NCBI RefSeq assembly: GCF_964355755.1
Contig: NC_092673.1
Coordinates: forward strand, 5,394,001-5,458,000
Reading direction: 5' to 3'
From: Antedon mediterranea
Taxonomy: Eukaryota > Animalia > Echinodermata
Length of the DNA stretch: 64,000 bases
The notes under the pieces are model-generated. The model saw only the letters and a program-made list of their open reading frames with translations, was not told the origin of the DNA and ran no database searches. The translations under genes were made by a program, and so were the position numbers. Within the stretch, counting starts at the first letter, position 1, and each line of letters opens with the position of its first letter. Positions 14,801 to 27,702 of this stretch are shown here, piece after piece.

Positions 14801-17058
14801 TCATTGGCTAACTTCTTCAATAGGCCCAAAATTAGTGCTGTAGTTATGTTTGGCAGGTTGGCAGGATATTGGCAGATCCAGGATTTTGAAGAAGAAACTG
14901 ACTGACTGACTGACTGACTGTCAGTTTCGAAATTTAGTAGAGCCCTGATCTAAACATTGAATTATTATTACCTCAAGATGGTAAGGGACTTTCCTAGCCT
15001 CATGGAGTCCATGCTAACCAAGAGCATTCACTTTCATCATAAGAAAGGTATTATAAAACAATATCCATCATATTTATAAATAGAACAATTTGAACTAAAC
15101 TAAAGAGCTATTACTTTTTTCCTGAAGCCTAGGGGGTCAATCAAAGATATCCAACGTGTGAGAGGTGAAGCAATGTTAACGTATATAGTTTTCTTGTAGA
15201 ATTACTCAATGACTTAACTAACAAGCTGTCACATAATATTGATGTCAGGACTCAGCATGTAGGTTATGATTTATGAGAAACCACTACCGAAACCACAGTG
15301 TGTTATTATTTAAAACATCTTAATTGGGATAGCTAGGCTGTGCTATATTGAAGTTACATTTTATTTATTTTTATTCCAAACAAAACTGTTAATACAGTTT
15401 AATGATGTTTTAATTTCATTTAGTTAGGGCCTGTTCAGACCTACAGAGTACATTATTTTGATGTTGTTTATTTGAAAAAAAAATGTTTGAGGTTTTAATT
15501 TTATTTGGATAAACTTTTCAAAAGTACATGAAAGTACAGCAACCGCTATAAAATAAATAAAAAGAATGAGGTTTATTTTAAGATAAATGATGCTTAGCTA
15601 AACTGTTATTATTGGTAACATAAAGGGTAGGGCAAAATCTCAGTTCAGTCAGTTCTCACGATACTCATGGGACCACTCAGAAGAACCAGTATATTGATAA
15701 AACTCCCAGCATCTTTATAAAATTCAAAGGTCAATAAATCATCCCCATCGCATTTGAACTTTAATGAACCACACATGGAAATAATCAAGATAGACTTGCA
15801 TGTTAGTTTGTATGTTCATCACTAAACAGCGATTTTTTTTTGTTTCAATTTTTGACTGAATTATAAATCAAATAATTCTATGTGAATATAAAAGAAATTG
15901 ATACAGATAAAAGACCACCTGAAACTAGTGCTATCTATCCAGCTTCTTCTAAATGACTCCAATGATGGACCTCTATTCCTTTTTATTCTACATACTTTCC
16001 TGTATTTCTGCAGCAGTGTAACCCCTAAGTTATTGTTAAGTGATCTTTATCACAAATCCATTTAAATAATATGAACTCTGGACTTCCAATTCTTTTGCCC
16101 TGGGTTGGTCTCCATGTCACCACTTCCAACACTATTTCCCTAATGGCCAAACACTAAACAATCTCGGCTCCCAATCCAAAGCAGATGCAAATAATGCAAA
16201 AAAAATAATAATTTAATATCATTTGCAAGAATTTATATTAGCATCTATAGTATAGGCTATACTAGGATGCATATTTTTTTGGCCAGATTCCTTGCCAGGT
16301 TGCTGTAATGATGGATGTGTGGATGTGCTGTGTACTTTTATTACTTTACAATTTTATTTGTCCCCAGGTGATGTGTGTTGGTTTCCGTTTTATAAGTTGT
16401 TTGCCACAAATGTTCCATGTAATGACATAAATTGCACACCTTCAGGCCGTGTATAGAAATAGATTTAGAATATACGGCCCATGATGTCGCTACAGAATTT
16501 CGGGTTAAAATTTAGGGTGCATTGATAGGTGCTAGGCGATAATTGAGGTCGCTCAAGGCTTTAAACTGGGAAGAATGTATAGTAGGCTGGTAAGCTTCAT
16601 AGAATAAAGAAGATCCTTCTAATTCTTCATGATGTCCCTACAAATTTAGGGTTATTTGGATGGCTAGGTGCTAGGCGATAATTAAAGTTGCCGAGGCTTT
16701 AAATTAAAGATTAAATTGGGATAGCCTGTTGGCATCATAGAGTAAAGAAGATTCTCTGTGTTATCACAACTACATCTATATAACTGCTTAACATTTAGTG
16801 GTGAAATGGGAACAATTTTCTGGTCAAACGTATTCGATTACCTTTCTAGATTAAACCATGTAAGACCTGACCAATGGACAGAAAAGCATGGACAATCTCC
16901 AGGGGTTTGGTCACTCTACTGGACATCATTAGATTCAGGGGCCTTTTCATTCTGCAGCTTATACCTTGCAGTAAAAAAGGTTTTCTGTTCTGTCAAAGAA
17001 TAACAAATACCTTTGTTATAACATGTTGAAATAAAAACATTCAATGTTCCAAATCTCA

Positions 17059-17179
17059 AGCTCTGTCTACACTATCAAACTTTATGATAATGTGACAAAA
17101 AAAATGTGCCCATATATGTCGTATCACCATATTTGGGCATATCACACTCTTTTTGTCAAACTAGTTTGTAGACAGGGCT
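17059..17179. mobile_element. MITE family A copy (TIR AGCTCTGTCTACACTATCAAAC)
   Basis: Matches other copies; right TIR partly deleted. Confidence 0.85.
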
Positions 17180-18446
17180 TTAGAATGCTTCTTTTTAGAG
17201 AGTATTCCTGTAAATGTTTTAGAAAATGTCAAATCCATCGTTGAGGGAAATGACATGTTTGAGATGACTACTTAATGTCTCATTGCATGTAATGTATCAA
17301 CATTTGAATGTGCCTTGACGCTTGAAGCTGGGTCAGATAAATCTAAATTGATGTCGCTTTGCATGTCCACAGGATTATAATGTATAATGTTACAGTATCC
17401 AAAGACAACATTCGTATATATTATGACATGCAATTTAAATTATGTAATATAAACATAATTTAACTTGGTAAATACATTTATTACACATCAATCGGATGTA
17501 CATACTTTATTTAGTCTCTTTGCGGTGGTCCAAACCAAATCGTAAATTATATATTTAAAATTAGTATGTATGTACTAAGCCTACGTTAGTATCTAAAAAT
17601 ATCTTATGTTCTTATTTCTGAAATATAATAAGGACATGATTTATATTGTACCATTAATACACAGAAGTAGTGGTATACAATTACTCAATTATTTAAAAAC
17701 TGGTTTCAACAGAGAATTAGTTTTTCTCTGATGAAAACCTTAGAATGTTATTTAAAGTTTAATCAATCATTTTTTAGTGTGTTAATCAGGGAATTGTAAT
17801 CTCCTGGTGTTAATAATGTTTTACAAAATTTATTTGCAATGTTTTATAGAAGAGTAGGCTTAAAAAACTTTAACAAACAAAAGAACATTTCAACAATTTA
17901 GGAAAAATGGAATGAGCACAATGACTACTACAAAATAATATTATGCTTATGATATTGCTATAAGATTTAAGTTCCTAAAACCATTGAGATGGCCTTGAGG
18001 ATAAGGAAGTGCTAAACCACATATTAACACACCCATTTGAAAGCTAATTTTAATGATGTTTACCGTAGTTACAAACTTATCACCATGGTGAATGTAGCTA
18101 TTTTGTTAATTCTGATTTTTATTAATGAGCACTGAAGGTCAAAGGTGAATGGAAGAGAACAAGCCTGTTCATTGTGAGTCACACTATTTGTAATCCAGTC
18201 ACTATGAATTTTGATACAAACTTTCACTTTGGTAGTGTTTAATAAATTGTCAGTTGTATTATTTTATATCTCCATGGTTGTATTGTATTGTTGGATAAAA
18301 CTTTCTGGGATATTTACAGCTGTATATATTTTATATATTTATGGAGTTTTGTATCAGGTTTTTGGTAGTATTTGACAATTTAAGGTAAATTAATATTTTT
18401 AATTTTAGCTTTTCTTTTAATCATACATTTAAATTATGATTTCTTA

Positions 18447-18582
18447 AGCATCTACACTATCAAACAAGTAATGTGCCAAAAATGGTAGTGATATGCCCAA
18501 ATATGGTAGTGATATGACATGTCCATATATGGGCACATCACATTTATTTTGTCGCATAAAGTTTGATAGTGTAGATAGAGCT
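18447..18582. mobile_element. MITE family A copy (reverse orientation)
   Basis: TIRs with TTA/TTA flanks. Confidence 0.85.
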
Positions 18583-19304
18583 TTAGTAATTGTTTTCACA
18601 TTTCTATTGTGAGGATGTTTTTTTCCCCTTTTTTGTGCCTAATTATATGTAATTTTCACATTTCTGTTGGGAGGTTTTTTGTTCTTTTTTTTTTTCTTCA
18701 TGTTGTGTGTAGGCCTAATTTTCCTGATTTCCCAGGCATCTTGATATCTCTGTTTACACGACAAGAACCACCAAATCAATGGGTGCTCCAACTAATTACA
18801 TATTTTGTTGTCATCCAACACGATTTCTGATAAGTGCCTGCACTTGCCAGCATGTTTGCACCCTTCTATGAGCATACATAACCTTTGTTGAACTATTTCA
18901 TGCCCTAACCGATAACTAATATTGTTTTTGGTGGAACTTTGTGAGTCAGACTAATTACTTTGCCGATGATGAGAAGTTTTTAACAATGATTTTATTCAAG
19001 TGATGTTGTTTTTACAATATTTATTTTTCTAAGAAACTAAAAATTAATTTATTTTGGTATTAAATTCAGTTTTGTATTTGTTTAGCCTAATAATGCTGTG
19101 TGAGTTTAAAGTTACTGTTAAAATCGGGCATACTGTAAATTTGCTTCAGTAGAATATTAATAGAGCTACTAATTATCTTATTAATTATTTTAATTAAATT
19201 TATATTAATTAATAGTTTAATATTGAACTGAAAAAACTCATAAATATGTACAGTGTATACCTTTCAACGAATGTAAAACTTACTCAATAGATGTGAACTT
19301 TTAA

Positions 19305-19445
19305 ACACTGTCTACACTGTCAAACTTTATGTGACAAAACATGTGATGTGCCCATATGTGAACAAGATGATGTCATATCACTACCATATTTGGGCACATC
19401 ACATTTTTTTTTTGGTCAAACTTATTTGATAGTGTGAACAGAGCT
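19305..19445. mobile_element. MITE family A copy
   Basis: Family consensus with degenerate left TIR. Confidence 0.85.
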
Positions 19446-20078
19446 TTAAGACACTATCTACAGGTACCACTAATTACACTATCACTCATAATTAAATTTT
19501 TATTTTATTTTATTTTATTTTTAAAACCAGAAACAACAGCAGAAACAAATCCGCCACTTACAGCTTGGTTTAACAGATACAAAACAATTACAACAACTCA
19601 GAACTTTATATATATCTGAGAACAGGAGCAACTGCTGGTTGCTGGCTAATCTAACTCTGCATTAATTAATCACATTGTTATGTAGTACCTCTTGCATAAC
19701 CCACTTCCTCTGTCTGCCACTTTTTTTTTGCAACAACTTGCAAGTATTACATTATTGTTCAGAATCTGCATTGACAAAGTCTCATTTATCAGTAGAGTGC
19801 CTGAGTGAGAACAGTGATATTTTTATAATTTCTGGACAATCATTTGATTAGTGACTGTAGTGTCTGATATTTGGGTTGTAAAATTATTTTAATGTGCATT
19901 GGATATTATTATTATTATTATTACTATTACCACTGGCCAAGGATTCCTTTATTTGTAGTAATTTAGCTTGGAAATATGCAGCATCTTTATGGTGAGTAAA
20001 CAACATGTGCAGTAGATCCAAGCCACAACAGCCTACAAGGTAGTGTGGTGATAAATGGGCCTAACTAGCTCGTGATAA

Positions 20079-21662
20079 TTAGTTATCCGCATTCAGCGGA
20101 TAACTCCTTGTAACTGTATGAAATCATCTTTTTTTTTTTCTGTATTATTCTTTCTTTCTGTCAATTTTGTGTCTCGCGTAACTCAAAAACGTGTAAACAT
20201 AACATGTTATAACTTTGTCAACATGTGGGCATTCACGTGAAATTGTGCACCTCCTATTGTGAATGACGACAGAGTTGCGCCACATGACTTACGCGCGTTT
20301 TTACGAATTTCGCGTATTTAATATAGATTGAAAACCATATAACAATTTAAATTGAAACTTAACAAATGTTTAATTTATATCTTGCGCTAACTGACTGTGG
20401 GGAAAAAATGGCATGTTTCACACGAAGTTACGCGCGCACGCGCGTTTAAAATTTCATATTGAGAAAAATCAATTTCTAATCAACTTTCTACGCGTTTCAT
20501 GTCATTTTGAGCATGTCAAAAATTCCCACGCGTGCGCATTTTTTTTTCGCGTCCGGTGCACACGTAGCGTTGAAAACAATTTTTTTTCCGTGATTTATGT
20601 TTTTCCACCCTTTTTTAGTAATTTTACAAATTTCTAAACATTTTCGACTTAAAATTACATCATACGGGCACGTCGAATTGGATAATTTATGTGCGTTTTT
20701 TATGAAAAAGTTCAAAAATTCGTCAAAATTTGTCAAAATTATATCTTTTTTTAAACAGTCGTAGTTTCTAAACTAAACGGTGAAAGTTATTTTTATTGCA
20801 TATTCTGGAAGTTGATGAGTTGTAAATATCAGATCATGCATTAATATGGCTAACCGGACATTGTGACGTCACTGTATGGCCACGCGAATACAAAATTTAG
20901 GATTTTTGTATCTTTCGTCATAGCTCATCACATTTAATAGAGCGCATCTACACTTATCCGTTTTCCATTTTCACCCCGATTTTGAAATTGTCTAGGTCAA
21001 TCAACTGTCTTTCGCATGAGTTAAAAATATTTTAATTTTTATGACGTCATCATGCCTAAAAATTTAAATTACATGTTGCATAAATTTCATCTTTACAGTA
21101 AATTTTATTCTGTTATAGCTCGTAAGAATGAAATGTGATAATCACGATTAAAAGGTTTTCTGGAAGCTATTGAATTGTAGATACGAAATCATGTGAACAT
21201 TTTGCCAATCGGATGTTGTGACGTCATCATATGGCCAGTTAAATAAAAAAAGTCGTATTTTCATCTTTTGCATTATAATTCATTACATTTAAAAGAGCGC
21301 GCATCAATATTTCACGTATTCAAATTTCTTCTACATGCTAATATGTTGTTGCTGAGATAATTTCCTTCCGAAATTGCTACCTTCGGGTTTCATTTTGAAA
21401 CCGTCAACATGTTAAAAATTGGAATAAATAGCGGGTCCCGTAATTTCACCTATTCCACACTGTATGTGATGTATACAGATTATACTGTGTATACTATATG
21501 ACACAAAATAACAGAATTCAGCAATAATAACATAATCATATTCTTCTTCAGGTCATAATGCCATAATCTTTTTCTGTGCGCAATATTCCAATGTAAGACG
21601 TGCTCGTGGCGTTTGTCGTGCGGATAACTAACTCGTCAAAGTGACGAGTTTCATGTCTAGTT
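20079..21662 (+). mobile_element. Helentron-associated non-autonomous element (HINE/DINE-1-like)
   Basis: 13-bp subterminal IRs TTAGTTATCCGCA (20079) / TGCGGATAACTAA (21619); 5' hairpin agttatccgc-attca-gcggataact; 3' hairpin aactcgtca-aag-tgacgagtt; CTAGTT end; internal degenerate tandem repeats. Confidence 0.8.
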
Positions 21663-21803
21663 CTTCTTCCCAATGCTTCAGGTTTGAGATTGATTCAATA
21701 AAGCTATGAAATATTCAACAGTACCTTAAACCAATTACAATTTTTATTTCTTATAGATTGTGTTAGTTTGTGATGTACCAGTGGTTTACTGTCAACAATC
21801 AAA

Positions 21804-22067
21804 ATGGCTGTTTCCAGTTCTGGGATCACCACAGCACATCCTGTAGACGCATATACTGCAATACCAAAAAATATAGACTTCGAAATAACGCCATCTCCAT
21901 TATCGCCCATAATGGGCAGTGTTTCCAGCCTCGTTGAGAGAGGGGATTCGCAACGTAGCACTTACTCAACCGGTTCTAGTGGAGGGAATCAGAATCATGT
22001 ATATGAAGAAGTGGATATCCAAGTAGGCCCGCCGAAAATAACGCCATTCAGTGGTAAATTAGAGAAG
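21804..22067 (+). CDS. LZTS2: LZTS-family protein, first coding exon (88 aa)
   Basis: Acceptor ttatag at 21756; aaaATGG start with in-frame upstream TGA; LZTS motifs MGSVSSL and PPKITPFSGKLEK; donor AAG|gttagt, phase 0. Confidence 0.9.
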
Positions 22068-22739
22068 GTTAGTTCTGATTGGTTAATTTTGTATCACATG
22101 CTGTTCAGACTTAGACCTACTGCATGGGCAAAGTGATATTTAATGGTTCTATTAAATGGTCTATGGTACTTTCAGCTTTTTGAAAACATTTTTGATAATT
22201 TTTGCACACAAGGTTGGTGACTGTTGTTGCTATAGACTGTACATAACTCTCACAATGGTTGGAAATAAATATAAATTACTTTAGAACAATAGGGTGTGAT
22301 AAAACAAATAATGAATGCTTTGTATTGCTGAATAGGTAGAATATTTCATTCATTAAAAGCCTAATTAATTCAGCTCTGCCTCGTTAGGTAGAACATTTAC
22401 TCTTCCAAATCATGAAATATTCTTACCATTCAACTCATAAACATTTATTATTTGCATTATAGATAGAATGTTATTACAAAGCAGTATGAGCTAGTAAGTA
22501 GCATTATGTCAATCCTCAACTTTATAGGCAAATTTCCTTTAAAAAATAACTTAATAGCTATAATACAGGAAAGATATAGATGACCTTGCTAGGTATCAAA
22601 TAGTTTAAATATTGTCATATTATAACGATACTGTATACGTTCTTTACGAGAAATTCCTACGACAATGGCAAATCAGCTATTTAATTATTAGTTGTGAATG
22701 AAGATTCGGTCGATGTTAATTAAATAAAGACTAATTAAT

Positions 22740-22749
<10 letters not shown>

Positions 22750-22770
<21 letters not shown>

Positions 22771-23252
22771 TTTGTACAACAACATTTATTTAGTATTCAA
22801 TATTTTACAAAGTTTATGGGTTAGGATACACAGAAGCCAAAGTGGCTTGTCTTTGTAGTCCTAAGCATAAACATAAAACATATTATACGGACGCATTACA
22901 TTAACAAAAAATGACATTTTGAGACAGAAAAAGAAAAAAAAAACACAAACACAACAAAGTGATATTAAGCTAAATGTTTACAACCCCAATTTTGCAGTAG
23001 AAATAGTAGCTAGCAATATGTTTCAAATATCATCTTTTTAATATTGTACTTTAGCATAGGGAGTGAGGTCATGTGATTTTGTTCTAGAGTAGACTGGAGT
23101 TTATTCCAGTATGTTGGTCCTTCAATAAAAATTGATCTTTTATTAATTTCTAGTCTACTGTGTGGAATATATATCTTATTTGCGTTTCTTAATGTCTTTA
23201 AGCGATCAGTTTTAGGGTTTAAATTTGATTGTCGGTTGTCTTTGATTGTCAC
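22750..23252 (-). mobile_element. 5'-truncated L2/Crack-type LINE
   Basis: ORF2 C-terminus LRNANKIYIP..SIFIEGPTYWNKL..SLPMLKYNIKK; 3'UTR hairpin acaagcc/ggctt; AATAAA and poly(A) (poly-T on + at 22750-22773). Confidence 0.85.
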
Positions 23253-23938
23253 ATGCTCATTTTGATGTCAGTTGTTCAGTTGCCTTCTAGTTTGTTCATT
23301 TTGATATCTGGTATGGGTGATAGTAATTGTCATTCCCTGATTGACAGTTTTTTTTAGAAGTGATGGTAAATTTATCACCTAATATTCATGAAAGTGGTAG
23401 GGATAAATGAGATAAAAACCAACATTTTGACCCTTGACTTTTTAAAATACTGTGGAAGCTTTCTTGTTTAAATTTATTGCAATGTAATGACCGATTCTTA
23501 TAGGCTCGTTGTCTACTGATACTGGATTAGCAACCTTTGCAGTATACTTTTTTCTGAACTCTTTGATAATATAATATTCCGATAATATACTGGATTTTAA
23601 TTGATTTGTGGTTTTATTTCGTACGTAACATATAAGCCAAAATGACATAAGCTTTATTGGTATAATCCTTGACCTATCTATTTTATCATGATTATTATTA
23701 AAACAGATTAGCTTAGCTTTAGTATTTATATTTTCATAAAAGGTTTATTTTCAAGTTCAACAATTAAAAACCACCTTGTCATTGTCAGAAAGTAAGTTTT
23801 TTTTAAGGTAAAAAAAGATGCGTATTCTACTTTTTTGTTAATTCATTCGTTTGATCTGTTGAAAATTGACGTTTGACGTAATCTAAATTTTAGAAGATGA
23901 AACAACTTTAAACAAAATCTGGTTAGAAGAGACTACCC

Positions 23939-24347
23939 CACCGTCACCCAGCATATTCACCTCCCAGGGTGACCAGTATAATTTTCCTTTCCCCCTTTCA
24001 CAGCCTGAGCATTATCTTTATTAGCAACTAACATGCCAGTACTTATATGCAGTATTGTTTATCCAAGTTTGTGTCGTAATTTAATAAATAATTCATTATT
24101 TCTGTCTTTTGCTATCCACAAAGGTTGAGCTTATCAATATTTTTCTCACCGTCACCCAGCATATTCACCTCCCAGGGTGACCAGTATAATTTTCCTTTCC
24201 CCCTTTCACAGCCTTAGCATTATCTTTATTAGCAACTAACATGCCAGTACTTATGCAGCTATTGTTTATCCAAGTTTGTGTTGTAATTTAATAAATAATT
24301 CATTATTTTTGTCTTTTGCTATCCACAAAGGTTGAGCTTATCAATAT
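23939..24347. repeat. Near-identical tandem duplication, 208-bp period
   Basis: caccgtcacccagcatattcacc at 23939 and 24147. Confidence 0.95.
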
Positions 24348-24355
24348 ATGTCTAA

Positions 24356-25440
24356 GGCCCTGTTCAGACCCATGGCGTTAGACCGTTTTAGCGTACGACG
24401 CTAAAAGAATGTGTGTCTGAACAGTTGGGGATTAGCGTACAACGCGTCGTACAACGGTTGTAGCGTTGTAGTGGAAAACGGTTGATAGTACCGTTTTAGC
24501 GTACGACGCTACTGTAAGTCAACGTTGTATCCAATCAGAACGTTTCCTGTTATGACGCCAAACAAGGTTTGACCTAGGCTGACATCTTGTATCGTCAATG
24601 TGTGAGATGGATTTCAATAACAAAAAGGCCAGAATAAATAAGGCCTAACTACACTACAAATACAACTGTTACAAAGGCTACAAACTATTATCAACTGATT
24701 ACCATTATATTTTCTAACAAATGACATAAATACATGCACCTTGTATTTAAACATAGGGACTACGATCCCATCCGCTTTTAGGCCTAGCTAGGCCTAGAGC
24801 CATTCACGCATTTCATTCAAGCTAAAAACTAGCGTGGGACATCAAAAGTCACTCATTCATACAAGGCAGACTAGACTGGACAAGTTTAATGCTGAAAACC
24901 CCCTAACTCCTAAAAAAAACAGTAAACAAACAAGGGGAGCTGTGTCCCTTTTATTAGCAAGTTAAGGGTTATTTTCAACCGACTGGACCAAAGAATATAT
25001 ATCTTTGACTGGACTGGATAGACTAATCTCAATCTTTTTTTTCTTCATCATTACGAGGACGAGGCCTGCTTTATTTTCGTAACACAAGAGCCTGGGGAAA
25101 ATGTTTTTTACTACAAAATAAAAACAATAGAAACAGAAATTTGACTTTACTATATTTTTCTTAAATAAATGCTGAGGTATGTTTTATTTACGGCAAATTT
25201 TGTCATAATATTGTAGGGCTGAGATCTAGGCCTATATACAGTGGAAATAATGATGAAAACACGTGGGTAAGAGCACATGAATATGCAACTAGAAACAACC
25301 TGGATGACGTACTTCCGTTGTAACGATAATCGTACGCTATGGGTCTGAACACCTCGTTTTTTTCTCTGCGGTTTGTAACGTGACCTTGATAGTAACGTTG
25401 TACGCTAAAACGGTCTAACGCCATGGGTCTGAACAGGGCC
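24356..25440. mobile_element. PIF/Harbinger non-autonomous element
   Basis: 41-bp perfect TIR GGCCCTGTTCAGACCCATGGCGTTAGACCGTTTTAGCGTAC; TAA duplication on both sides. Confidence 0.95.
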
Positions 25441-26297
25441 TAATTCAATTAGTATGCATTTGGTGTATGGTGGTAATTTAGTTATGGTCTACAGAGATAA
25501 CATTATTTATTCTTGAATGGAGATGGTAGGTCACTGACCTTTGAAAGTAAAGTGCAAAACAACCAGTATAATATATTGTATAGTTTTTTTTGCATATTTC
25601 TACGCAATAATACTGTAATAGCACATCCATAGGTAAATGTACTTTTATTTTAAAATCTCCTAAATAATAATATTAAATAATATATGAAATATTAAAAAAG
25701 AAATAAAACATAGCAAATACAAGTTTACAATATTGTACATGGAATGTTCTAAATCTGTAGAGCGTATTAAAAGTATTTTGTAGTTTCACAAGAACAGTTT
25801 AGTACCAATAATACAGTACTATACTATACTGTATTATACATTCAGATGGAAATTTGGGATATTCAACCAGGTAAAGGTAACAACTCAAAGTTGGTATCAG
25901 ATCTTAAGTAAACAATTGAGGTTTGTTGTGATTGGCTTGTGGTGGTTTCGCTCCACTGCCTACTTATTGTTTTCTTGGCCAGATTTGGGATCTATTAATG
26001 CCGCCATTCCGAACAAGCTATAAATTGTTTGATGAGGCCAGGCAGATTATTTGCCATGCTGGAGTTCTAAGGACATGTGGTCATGTATGCTCACTGTTTG
26101 TTGCTGCAGGCTAGGCTGAATTAAATGTACATCAATGTTTGATGGTTGTTTCCTAATACAAATGTGCATGTCAGTTTGTTTGATGAGTTTAATTGAAGAC
26201 ATCTATTGTTTTATTCCGTCTATTGTTCTTGGAAGGAAGATATGTTTGACTGATTTAATAATTTGAAATCTTCATATTTTACTGGTACGATATATAC

Positions 26298-26330
26298 ATG
26301 TTTAAATTATTAGGAGAAACTTTCAAAAAG
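26298..26330 (+). CDS. Candidate alternative first coding exon of the LZTS gene (MFKLLGETFKK)
   Basis: ATG plus 10 codons, then AAG|gtaaag; phase 0 and in frame with the exon at 34621. Confidence 0.35.
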
Positions 26331-26557
26331 GTAAAGTTGTTTTTATGCCTTTAATTACTTTTTTATATATTTATACCATGTTAAAAAAACAAACTGTACT
26401 TTTTTTTCACCGATTTCAGATTTGCTCAAAAAGTTTAAACCAATGTTTAAATATTCGTCCGTACTGTTTACTTTAAGAATTCATTGTATTTAATTAGACC
26501 ATGGAGGTATACCTTCATGATTAGACTTATTGTTTGTATATATCTCTTTGTATCTAA

Positions 26558-26872
26558 AGCTCTGTCTACATTATCAAACTTTGTGACAGAAAAATGTGAT
26601 GTGCCTATATATGGACATGATGATGTCATATCACTACCATATTTGGGCACATCACATTTTTTTGTCAAACTAGTTTGATAGTGTAGACAGAGCTTTAAGA
26701 CACTATCTACAGGTACCACTAACACTATCACTCATAATTAAATTGTGTGGAACTTTATAGATATCTGAGAACAGGAGCAACTGCTGGTTGCTGAATAATA
26801 TTTGAGAATATTGGGACCATTGGGCACATTACACTTTTTTGGTCAAACTAGTTTGATAGTGTAGACAGAGCT
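26558..26872. mobile_element. Composite MITE family A (full copy, captured flank, second right end)
   Basis: Full copy 26558-26694; extra right arm about 26820-26872; outer flanks TAA/TAA. Confidence 0.8.
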
Positions 26873-27411
26873 TAATGTTCATGTTTTTAAATTAAAAGTT
26901 CTATAAATATTTGGAAAAAATTGAGATCCTCGGCTCTGCTGCTCCGGACTATTAAATGAAAGCTTTAATATTATTTGTTTATATAATAATTATATACACA
27001 CTGACTGATTTTTATCGACAAAGTTGGATATAAAATAATGACGATGGAAAATTATTAATATAAACTGGCCAATAATCTTATTTGAAAATGCAGCACTTGT
27101 TTCCAAGATTGCATTATAATGTTTTCACTATTTTGATGATGATTAAAATTGATTTTGTCTATATTTGGCGATGCTGAGTGAAGTGTATATAGCCTTAAGG
27201 CAAAGATCTTGTGTGTTTAATGTGAAATTGGCGAGCAATTTTGACCGCTGAAACAAGCCTTCATCAAGCTGTCCACACTTTCAGCACTTCATTAGAACAA
27301 GTTTTGGAAATTAGAGAACACTTTTCTGCGCTCTTGTTACAGGCAAAATGAGAGCTATTGCTTTTATTAAACATTCAAATGTTAAATATTACTACTCAAA
27401 CTAGCAGGTTA

Positions 27412-27702
27412 AGCCTGGTTTCCATTAAAATCGCTACAGCGTTTCCATTAAAATCGCTACAGCGTTTCCATTAAAATCGCTACACGCACAGATATCGCCG
27501 ACGCAATCGGGAAGGCTCCCTGATACATCGCAGTCAAATCGGCAAAGTTCAACCATGGTCAACTTTGCCGATTATGTCGGCGATGAATCGTATACGCGTA
27601 CCAAAGAATATTTAGCACTCGCGTACTAGATGCCCGAGAAATTCTAGCGTTTCCATAGAATCGCTACGCTCTGTCGTGTAGCGATTTTATGGAAACCAGG
27701 CT
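27412..27702. mobile_element. Harbinger-type MITE
   Basis: TIR AGCCTGGTTTCCAT / ATGGAAACCAGGCT, TTA duplication; 23-bp unit x3 in left arm; central hairpin atcggcaaagtt...aactttgccgat. Confidence 0.9.

Noticed and set aside
26468-26731. Similar short ORFs (KKCDVPxYG) at 17044, 26468, 26484, 54110, 57493 suggesting a peptide family
   Set aside because: All are translations of MITE family A
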